This document shows, piece after piece, positions 56,364 through 64,000 of a stretch of DNA of 64,000 nt; the stretch's first letter is position 1; each line of letters begins with the position of its first letter. Below the pieces are notes generated by a model. The model was not told the DNA's origin. It saw only the letters and a list, made by a program, of their open reading frames with translations, and ran no database searches. Both the position numbers and the translations under genes were made by a program. Origin of the DNA: Roseibacillus sp. (GTDB taxonomy: Bacteria; Verrucomicrobiota; Verrucomicrobiia; Verrucomicrobiales; Akkermansiaceae); NCBI GenBank assembly GCA_051251855.1, contig JBPOGI010000004.1:192001-256000 (forward strand), written 5' to 3'.

Positions 56364-57911
56364 CTACTCGTCCCCACCCAAAATCCCATTCAAAATCCCG
56401 AAGCCAGTCTTCACACCCTCTTCCACGACCCCGCTGCCCTGTTCCAGCACCTCTTCCACTACCTTCGCGCCCTCTTCCAGCACCAAGCCCTGATTCTCTA
56501 GCAAGAGACTTGTTCCTTGGTCGAGAGCTTCGCCACTATACCTCAGGGCCCACAAACCCGTCTCGGGAATCATCTCGAACATCCTCTCTCCCGCCGCCCG
56601 AATCATCCGCTCGCTCAGATCCTCTTTGGGACTCTTCATCGTCCCCGAGAGATTCACAGTCGCCCATAGCATTCCATTCTTCCCAGGTAGAAAAACCTTT
56701 TCTTCCGCACCCGGGATGTGCGCCAGCAAGCCCGGCGGCACTCCCACCTCCAACTGCCCCGAAAGCGCCTCGCTTTGCCCAGCTACCGTTCCCTCCACGC
56801 GCAAAAGACCTTCATCAAACAATTCCAAATCACGAACCTCCCACGAGTCTTCCTCCTTCCGCACCTTCGCCCGAGCCTCCTCAAAAGTCAGTCGCTGCAA
56901 CCGTGCCGTGCCCGCGTAGGCCGCAAGCCGATCCAGAAAAGGCAACCCCTCCACAACCCCTTGCTTCAACTCCAACTCACCCACGAGCGCCTCAGGATTC
57001 CAATCAGCACTTCCACTCAGGCGCCCGCTTATAATTTCTTGCCATTTCAGCGGCAAAAGAGTTTTCAAATCCCAGTCTTCAAACAAAGCGCTCAACCCAC
57101 TCTCTCGACCTAGAGACCCGGTGACCTCCAAAGACTCAAAATCATCGCCCGTCCACTCACTGGCGACAACCTCTAATCCCTCTTCGGAAAGAGCCAAAGC
57201 CCCGGTCTGCAATCGGAGCAACGAGGCCCACTCGTGAGGTGTCTGCAAGCGCCCACCCTCAAGGTTCACAATATTGGAAAATTGCTGTCGAGGTTGGCAA
57301 CTTAAGCTCACCCCATCCCAAGAGTAGTCCCCTGCTTCCGTCCTTACCTCTCCTTCGTAATCGCTCACCAAGACCTCGTGCACCTCCGTACGATTCGGAA
57401 GCCAATTCGCTCCCTTCTTCTTTTCACCCGAAGATTTTCGAGAACTCCCCTGAGTAACACTTTTATCAGCCCCCTTCTCGCGAAGATCCCATTCACTCCT
57501 CGCTTCGCGAATCTCAATCTTTGGAACAATCCAGACCTTGTCCCAAAAACCGCTCAAGTCGATCTCCGCAGCCAAATCGCGAGCCTTCCAATCCCCCGAT
57601 TTCGCACTGATTAACGAAAGCTCCCCCACTTCCATTCTCGATCCTTGCCATTCGAGGAACCCCACCTCGGCCCTTCCGCCCACCGCAGAACCGATTTCTC
57701 GACCCAACTGCTGACGGAACTCCTCGCTGCGGAGATAGCCTTTCAACCAAACAAAGCCCCCTAATAACACAAGAATCAGCACCAACAACAAGCCCAAGGC
57801 CCCCTTGAGCCACCATCCCCCTGAGCCCGAAGACTTTACCTTTGAGGGACTTTTACTAGGGGAGGATTGAGATGAAACTGAAGCCTTCCGCTTTCTCTGC
57901 CGACGGGACAT
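56364..57911 (-). CDS. AsmA-like membrane-anchored protein
   Basis: Basic N-terminus, single TM, beta-rich body, NLSGTMKSPKEDL; ATG at 57911. Confidence 0.55.
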   Translation of the reverse strand: MSRRQRKRKASVSSQSSPSKSPSKVKSSGSGGWWLKGALGLLLVLILVLLGGFVWLKGYLRSEEFRQQLGREIGSAVGGRAEVGFLEWQGSRMEVGELSLISAKSGDWKARDLAAEIDLSGFWDKVWIVPKIEIREARSEWDLREKGADKSVTQGSSRKSSGEKKKGANWLPNRTEVHEVLVSDYEGEVRTEAGDYSWDGVSLSCQPRQQFSNIVNLEGGRLQTPHEWASLLRLQTGALALSEEGLEVVASEWTGDDFESLEVTGSLGRESGLSALFEDWDLKTLLPLKWQEIISGRLSGSADWNPEALVGELELKQGVVEGLPFLDRLAAYAGTARLQRLTFEEARAKVRKEEDSWEVRDLELFDEGLLRVEGTVAGQSEALSGQLEVGVPPGLLAHIPGAEEKVFLPGKNGMLWATVNLSGTMKSPKEDLSERMIRAAGERMFEMIPETGLWALRYSGEALDQGTSLLLENQGLVLEEGAKVVEEVLEQGSGVVEEGVKTGFGILNGILGGDE

Positions 57912-58009
57912 GGTCCCCCTACTCTGCCCAATTTTAGAAAAGCAGCAAGATCGATGGCCGCTACAAAACCGAGCCTGTTCTTTTTCGAATATTCTGCCCA
58001 CAATCCCGC

Positions 58010-58483
58010 GTGTCGCCGGACGTCCATATTGAACCTGCTACTATCGAAGACCTCTCGGCTCTAACCGACTTGGTTGTGGACTTACTCGACCTCCAGGATG
58101 ATTTCACTCCCGATCCTTCTCTTCAAGAGAAAGGGATTCGCCACATCCTAGAAGAACCCGCTCGGGGACGTATCTTTGTCGTTCGCGCCCAAGATCGCAT
58201 TGTTGGAATGGCCAACTTGCTTTTCACCGTTTCCACCGCGATGGGAGGCTTTGTATTGATTATGGAAGACGTCATTATCCATCCCGAACACCGCGGCCAA
58301 GGCTACGGGGCCCTACTCGTCGAGGCTGTTGTCGAGTTCGCCCGCGAAAAGGACTTTAAACGCATCACCTTACTCGCCGACAAGCTCTCCAACGACTCTC
58401 AGGCCTTTTTCCAAGGACACGGCTTCCACTACTCCAGCCTCATCCCCATGAGACTCATCCTAGAACCCTCGGCCGTCTCTTGA
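58010..58483 (+). CDS. GNAT N-acetyltransferase
   Basis: EDVIIHPEHRGQGYG; AFFQGHGF. Confidence 0.88.
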   Translation: MSPDVHIEPATIEDLSALTDLVVDLLDLQDDFTPDPSLQEKGIRHILEEPARGRIFVVRAQDRIVGMANLLFTVSTAMGGFVLIMEDVIIHPEHRGQGYGALLVEAVVEFAREKDFKRITLLADKLSNDSQAFFQGHGFHYSSLIPMRLILEPSAVS

Positions 58484-58740
58484 CTGTTATGACAAGCCTC
58501 GTCGCGATCGCCCCAGCCGATGCTCATGCTTTGACCATGGTCGCCATCCTTGCCTTCGCTCTCGGCTCACTCCTCACCATGTTCTTAGTGATGGCGCGCA
58601 ATGGTAAACGCAACGCCGATCTAGACCTCCCGGAGTTCCCTGAAGAAGAGCCTGAGCCCGACAAGAAGCCGACGACTCCCCGCACCAAAGACGAGAAGCC
58701 TCCCAAAAATTGGGAAAAAGACGCTGATTGGTGGAAGTGA
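58480..58740 (+). CDS. Small membrane protein
   Basis: One TM; C-terminal WEKDADWWK. Confidence 0.55.
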   Translation: MTVMTSLVAIAPADAHALTMVAILAFALGSLLTMFLVMARNGKRNADLDLPEFPEEEPEPDKKPTTPRTKDEKPPKNWEKDADWWK

Positions 58741-58744
58741 AGAA

Positions 58745-58933
58745 CTAGCGGAACTGCTTCTGCTCCGCGCGCCACTCGTAGCCACCTTTTGCGAGACATG
58801 CTAGCAACTCCCCTTCTTCGAGACCGTGGGATTTACAAAGGTCTTCCAAGCTATTGGCATTGTTACGCAGCTCAGTATTCACCAAGCCCACCAGAAGATG
58901 TGGGTCCATCGATTGAAAGTTAGAGAGATTCAT
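58745..58933 (-). CDS. DUF4250-like small protein
   Basis: MDPHLLVGLVNTELRN..SLEDLC...GY....KQFR. Confidence 0.75.
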   Translation of the reverse strand: MNLSNFQSMDPHLLVGLVNTELRNNANSLEDLCKSHGLEEGELLACLAKGGYEWRAEQKQFR

Positions 58934-58937
58934 TTAT

Positions 58938-58996
58938 GGAGCAGGGACATTCCTGTCCCTGAATTCAATAAACAAGGACAGGAATGTCCTTGCTCC
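58938..58996. repeat. GGAG-headed REP doublet
   Basis: GGAGCAGGGACATTCCTGTCCCTG (58938-58961) and inverted CAAGGACAGGAATGTCCTTGCTCC (58973-58996), 22/24. Confidence 0.75.
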
Positions 58997-59001
58997 CGTA
59001 T

Positions 59002-60378
59002 CTAGAAGTGCAGCGCATGCCCATCGGCATCCAAGGTCGCCTCATGGATGGCCTCAGCAATGGTCGGGTGAGCATGAATGGTGCCATGAATCTCGTCGGT
59101 GGTCAGCTCCATCTCTAACGCCAAGCCCATCTCGGCAATCAAGTCAGTCGCATTCTCACCCATGATGTGTGCGCCCAGAAGCTCACCGTGTTCCTTACCG
59201 TAGAGGAGCTTCACAAAACCTTCGGTCTCGCCGATAGCCTGCGCTTTTCCGAGTGCCTGGAACGGGAACTTGCCGACCTTGTAATCAACACCCTCTTCCT
59301 TGAGCGCCTCTTCAGTCTTACCAACCGAAGCAACCTCCGGATAACAATAAGTACAACCAGGGAAGTTCTCCACCTGACGAGGAATGTGTCCTTCCACAAA
59401 GAGTCCATCCACGCACTGCACCGCCTCAAACATTCCAGTATGAGCCAACCAAGGAGGACCATTAATGTCGCCAATCACGAAAACGTTCTTCTGACTCGTC
59501 TCGTAGCGCTCGTTCATTTTCACGTAGCCACGCTCATCCAGCTCAGGATTCGCCCCACCAGGAAGAACCGGAGCCACTCCAATCGCGACGAGGCATGTAT
59601 CTGCCGTCAGCTCTTGAGTGCCCTTTTTATTTTCAACGGTCAGCGTGACGCTATTCCCATTGTTCTTAAACTGAGTCACCTTGGTATCGGTCAGACAATT
59701 GACCCCAAGCTTCTTGTAGGACTTCTCGAGCGCCTTACCCACTTCCTGGTCCTCTACCGGAAGAATGGTCGACTGCATCTCAACCAGAGTCACCTCCGTG
59801 CCAAAGGCCTTATAAACATAAGCAAATTCCACTCCAATCGCGCCCGCACCAATGATGAGCATGGACTTGGGTTGCTCCGCCAAAGTCATCGCATCCTTAG
59901 AAGAAAGCACCGCTTTCCCATCAAACGGAAGTGGTGGCAATTCGCGAGGCTTACACCCAGTCGCAATGATGATGTTCTTCGCTTCGTGAATCTCTTTCTT
60001 ACCGTCTTTCTCAACCCCAACTTTTCCGGGACCTTCGAGAGAACCGAAACCTTTTATGTAATCAACTTTGTTCTTCTTAAAAAGAAACTCAACCCCGCCC
60101 GCGAGACGGTCCGCCACCTTACGGGAACGACCGATCACTTCACTCCAATCATAGGAAAGATTGTCGAACTTCATTCCAAACTCCGCCGCCTGATGAGTCA
60201 TCTGGTGATAGAGGTGAGCGTTCTTCAAAAGTGCCTTCGTAGGAATACAACCCCAGTTGAGACAAGTGCCTCCTGGACGCTCCACTTCCACACAAGCCAC
60301 CTTCTTACCCAACTGTCCCGCGCGAATCGCAGCGATATATCCAGCAGGGCCTCCACCAATCACAATCAAGTCGTACAT
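59002..60378 (-). CDS. lpdA: Dihydrolipoyl dehydrogenase
   Basis: GGGPAGY, GGTCLNWGCIPTK, GAGAIG, HAHPTIAE. Confidence 0.97.
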   Translation of the reverse strand: MYDLIVIGGGPAGYIAAIRAGQLGKKVACVEVERPGGTCLNWGCIPTKALLKNAHLYHQMTHQAAEFGMKFDNLSYDWSEVIGRSRKVADRLAGGVEFLFKKNKVDYIKGFGSLEGPGKVGVEKDGKKEIHEAKNIIIATGCKPRELPPLPFDGKAVLSSKDAMTLAEQPKSMLIIGAGAIGVEFAYVYKAFGTEVTLVEMQSTILPVEDQEVGKALEKSYKKLGVNCLTDTKVTQFKNNGNSVTLTVENKKGTQELTADTCLVAIGVAPVLPGGANPELDERGYVKMNERYETSQKNVFVIGDINGPPWLAHTGMFEAVQCVDGLFVEGHIPRQVENFPGCTYCYPEVASVGKTEEALKEEGVDYKVGKFPFQALGKAQAIGETEGFVKLLYGKEHGELLGAHIMGENATDLIAEMGLALEMELTTDEIHGTIHAHPTIAEAIHEATLDADGHALHF

Positions 60379-60423
60379 AATCAGAAAATTTAGTTTTTAG
60401 GTCTTTCGTTTTTAGTTTTTCCC

Positions 60424-62106
60424 TTAGTAGGGCATCGGGAAGGCCTTATTAAAAGCAAAGACACGGCTTTGAATATCCGCCAGCTTCGCTTCATCATCCT
60501 TGTTGGTGAGCGCCTCATAAATCAGATCAGCCACCTTTTCAACATCGGCTTCCTTCATTCCACGCGTGGTCACTGCAGGAGTTCCAATCCGAATTCCACT
60601 CGGCTTCATGGGACTGCCAGTATCAAACGGAATCGCGTTCTTGTTCACGGTGATGCCTACTTTATCGAGAGTGATGCTCGCTTCGTTGCCGTTGATTTCA
60701 ATAGGGCGGAGGTCGACCATGAAGACATGGTTATCAGACCCACCTGAAACGATACGCAGGCCATGAGACCCGAGACGGTTGGCAAGTGCGGCAGAGTTTT
60801 TCACGACCTGCTCTTGGTATTCCTTGAAACCAGATTTGAGACACTCGCCGAAACAAACCGCCTTCGCCGCAATCACATGCATCAACGGTCCCCCCTGAAC
60901 CCCAGGGAAAACCCGGCCGTCCACCTTCTTAGCGTGCTCTTCTTTGCAAAGAATAATGCCACCGCGAGGACCACGGAGAGATTTGTGCGTGGTTGAAGTC
61001 ACAAAGTCTGCGTGAGGAACTGGGCTGGGATGAACTCCCGCCGCCACCAAACCGGCAATGTGCGCCATATCCACCATCAGATAAGCACCGACGCTCTTCG
61101 CAATCTCACCCATGCGCTCAAAATCGATGACCCGGGAGTATGCACTCGCGCCACTCGTAATCAGCTTCGGCTTGCACTCTTTGGCCAAAGCTTCCAAGGC
61201 ATCATAATCGATGGTCTCATCGCCCTCCGTAACGCCGTAGTGAACGACATCATAAAGACGGCCCGAGAAGTTGGCAGGGTGCCCGTGAGTCAGATGACCG
61301 CCATGCGCGAGGTCCATTGTCAAAATACGGTCCCCCGGCTTCAACACCGCAAAGTAGACCGCAGTATTCGCCTGACTCCCTGAGTGAGGCTGCACATTGA
61401 CGTGCTCGGCTCCGAAAATTTCTTTTGCACGCTCGATGGCGAGGGTCTCGACCTTGTCGACCTCTTCACAACCACCATACCAACGCTTGCCGGGATAACC
61501 CTCAGCATACTTGTTGGTCAGGACAGAACCCTGCGCTTCCATCACCGCAGGGCTTGCAAAGTTCTCCGAAGCAATGAGCTCCACGTGAGAACGCTGACGC
61601 CCGTGCTCGCCTTCAATGATATCGTAGACTTTTCCATCAGTCACTGCGAGGCGACTTCCCGACCCCTTAATCAAGCGACGCTCATGGCGCCCGCCCTCGA
61701 AAGCAGTCTTCAAAAACGCCTCTGCCATCTCGATGGCCAAAGACGTATCCGCATACATGTTACCGATGCACAGCACATTGGCGTCATTATGGCTACGGGT
61801 CACAGTCGCCTCTTCCACTGAATTCACCTTTGCGGCGCGAATGCCTTGCCAGCGGTTGGCGCTGATCGACATCCCAATCCCGCTTTTGCAGACCAAAATT
61901 CCGAAATCGAAACCGCCGTCGGTCATCGCGCGACAGACATCATTCGCAAAGTCCGAATAATCAACGGAATCTGCTTCATTGGTGCCAAAATCTCCCACCG
62001 TGCAACCCGCACCTTCAAGGTAAGTGCGGAGAGCCGCTTTGATTTCCAAGCCACCATGATCGGCTCCAAGAGCCACTCTAATATTCGGGAATGTTGCCTC
62101 GCTCAT
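60424..62106 (-). CDS. glyA: RpiB-serine hydroxymethyltransferase fusion
   Basis: N-terminal GADHGG, VDY, CKSGIG, RSHNDAN, GGRHERR; then [31 protein letters not shown] at 62106. Confidence 0.93.
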   Translation of the reverse strand: MSEATFPNIRVALGADHGGLEIKAALRTYLEGAGCTVGDFGTNEADSVDYSDFANDVCRAMTDGGFDFGILVCKSGIGMSISANRWQGIRAAKVNSVEEATVTRSHNDANVLCIGNMYADTSLAIEMAEAFLKTAFEGGRHERRLIKGSGSRLAVTDGKVYDIIEGEHGRQRSHVELIASENFASPAVMEAQGSVLTNKYAEGYPGKRWYGGCEEVDKVETLAIERAKEIFGAEHVNVQPHSGSQANTAVYFAVLKPGDRILTMDLAHGGHLTHGHPANFSGRLYDVVHYGVTEGDETIDYDALEALAKECKPKLITSGASAYSRVIDFERMGEIAKSVGAYLMVDMAHIAGLVAAGVHPSPVPHADFVTSTTHKSLRGPRGGIILCKEEHAKKVDGRVFPGVQGGPLMHVIAAKAVCFGECLKSGFKEYQEQVVKNSAALANRLGSHGLRIVSGGSDNHVFMVDLRPIEINGNEASITLDKVGITVNKNAIPFDTGSPMKPSGIRIGTPAVTTRGMKEADVEKVADLIYEALTNKDDEAKLADIQSRVFAFNKAFPMPY

Positions 62107-62235
62107 AGAATCGACAAATCGTCCCCCCTTCCCTGCCCCTTCCCGGCCAGAAAGGCAACCGCGAAAAGGACGTTTCAGGCCAGTTTTGAGCGAAAACAGC
62201 GGATTTGTTCCCAGCGAAACCAAGTCCACCCACGC

Positions 62236-64000
62236 CTAAGGAATCAAAACCGGACTAATCCTGAGCCGGTAGAAATTTTTCTCCTCATCTTCGAAGCTCA
62301 TAGAATCATGCACGAGAACTGACTCCAACTCGGGTCCAAGAACCACCGACCCGACTTCGCCCGCTCCTAGAACCGGAGTAAAATTCATCAAAGTAGTCGA
62401 ACTCAACAGCTCAACTTGGACATCGGAGGTCAAACGTCGCCGAGCCAGACGGATACCAAACTGCCCCCCGGGAGCATCACCATTGGCTTCTGGAGTAAAC
62501 CTCGGAGCATCCGCAAGACTTGGATTCATTCCGAGCGCATACTCATACCAGAGCGACCATCCGTCGTCATCACTATCGTCATCGGGATGCCCAGGCTGCC
62601 CAAAGGCTTGCTCCTCAGGGAGATAGTTCTCCGCCTGCCATCCGTTAAAGTGAATGAGGAACCCCCCTCCAGCCAATCCGGGGGACCCTTCTGCCTCGAT
62701 ACTGCTTCCCCACGTCTGCGGCTCATCGAAGGCATTGTAGACCGTCGCCAAATCTCGCAGCACAAGCGAAGACCCTTCCCCATCCGAAGGTGGATACCAA
62801 TGGTCAGAATAGGAAAAATCGAGAACGTTCTCACCCACCCTATCGACAATTTGGAGACGCTCTCCCGAGTTCGATAACTCTCCAAAATACGGCCCCAGGA
62901 CTGGCACCGAGAGAGTGGGATACCGCAGCGATAACGCGTTGGGATTATTCGCTAAAATAATGCGCTCCCCAGCACCCAAGGTCGTCCCCACAGGAAAGGT
63001 AAACGTGATGCCGTCATCAAAAGAAGCTCCGTCGAGCACCAGAGGAGAACTTCCCGTATTGACCAATTCGATAAACTCAAAATCATTCTCATTCAAAGCA
63101 GGCGTCACCGCGAGCTCGGCCGAGGTGGGCTCGGTCGGATGATACGAAATCTCACTCACTCGAAGAAATTGCTGAGCGGGAGACGGATTCGACGGAACCG
63201 TAAAGTCGTCCACGAAGGCCCCCGTTTCATTGCGCAGCGTCAAAAGCTCCCCACGCGCCGAGAGTTGACCCGAATAGCCACCTTGAACGTAGCGAAACTC
63301 ATTCCCCGTCGGCCCCGCAGCACGCGCTCGAAAGGCGGCGGCATCCTTCGCAATATGGAGCAATCCCCGATAGCCGGAACTGCTCTGACCACTCCCCGCT
63401 AGAATCACCGTTCCTGCCGGAAAGGTATACTCGATCGCTCCTTCCAGCGTCCAGCCCGAGAGATCCACCGAGGCTCCCGAATTATTCTGAAGGATCACAT
63501 ATTCCTCGTCCTGCGATCCCGAGGCAGGATTCTCATCCATTGATCGAATGATCACATTGGGAGTCGCAGCCTGAGTCGACGGAATGAAGGTGCCGTTAAG
63601 ATTCGCGTTCGAGCCAAAAATCACTCCCCGATGCTGGGGCAGCCATTCGTTATAAATTCGGGCCGAAGCCGCACTCGAGTTCTGCATATCTCCCCATGAA
63701 CCCCAGGCGTTAAAATCTCGATCCGCATCCGAAAACCCAGGCGGATTGATACTCAACTCCACGTCAATCACTCGATTTCGCACCCAATCCGTAGTCACTG
63801 GCGGCGAGGCCGACTGGAACAACTCACGACGCATCGTCTCAAAGCGGCGCACCCACATATCCTGAAACTCGGGCGTGGTATAAATCAGCTCCCAAAGCGG
63901 ATTCGTATTAAAGAGGATCAGCCCCGTTATCAAATCATCGTCAAAATAAAGATCCTGATTATTCCAACGATGCCCAAAGGACAAATCCACATCCCAAGGC
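62236..64000 (-). CDS. CotH-kinase / lamin-tail-domain secreted protein (5' end outside window)
   Basis: PWDVDLSFG at the window edge; two LTD-like blocks (EYVILQN..VDLSGW; FEFIELVN); C-terminal DSDDDG..EYALG...FYRL. Confidence 0.8.
   Translation of the reverse strand, partial: PWDVDLSFGHRWNNQDLYFDDDLITGLILFNTNPLWELIYTTPEFQDMWVRRFETMRRELFQSASPPVTTDWVRNRVIDVELSINPPGFSDADRDFNAWGSWGDMQNSSAASARIYNEWLPQHRGVIFGSNANLNGTFIPSTQAATPNVIIRSMDENPASGSQDEEYVILQNNSGASVDLSGWTLEGAIEYTFPAGTVILAGSGQSSSGYRGLLHIAKDAAAFRARAAGPTGNEFRYVQGGYSGQLSARGELLTLRNETGAFVDDFTVPSNPSPAQQFLRVSEISYHPTEPTSAELAVTPALNENDFEFIELVNTGSSPLVLDGASFDDGITFTFPVGTTLGAGERIILANNPNALSLRYPTLSVPVLGPYFGELSNSGERLQIVDRVGENVLDFSYSDHWYPPSDGEGSSLVLRDLATVYNAFDEPQTWGSSIEAEGSPGLAGGGFLIHFNGWQAENYLPEEQAFGQPGHPDDDSDDDGWSLWYEYALGMNPSLADAPRFTPEANGDAPGGQFGIRLARRRLTSDVQVELLSSTTLMNFTPVLGAGEVGSVVLGPELESVLVHDSMSFEDEEKNFYRLRISPVLIP

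Overview
A 64-kb bacterial chromosomal segment, most likely from Verrucomicrobiota (inferred from PEP-CTERM proteins, DUF1553/DUF1501 and DUF1800/DUF1501 pairs, an RpiB-GlyA fusion and an Amuc_1098-like secretin fragment). It holds about 45 credible CDSs, including housekeeping genes (leuS, rdgB, tsaA, lpdA, rpiB-glyA) and many secreted or surface proteins. No tRNA, rRNA, CRISPR array or transposase was recognised. The main find is a retron-like reverse transcriptase (about 2437-3708) with variant signature motifs (FAKPH for NAxxH, AAG for VTG). It sits directly after a ~165-nt structured RNA (2233-2396) closed by a 14+5-bp inverted repeat, has no recognisable retron effector, and overlaps a split OlsF-like acyltransferase / DinB / GNAT operon. 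Other points: (1) a 16-bp palindromic motif TCCTCA-W4-TGAGGA recurring in promoters near a NarL-type two-component system; (2) several GGAG-headed REP doublets; (3) a nested mirror-symmetric intergenic region at 47.7-48.2 kb; (4) a tandemly duplicated DUF1800/DUF1501 locus with a conserved Cys cluster; (5) paralogous surface proteins with different C-terminal anchors; (6) a strong C-rich skew of the + strand. All product calls come from motif recognition by eye; no database search was run.
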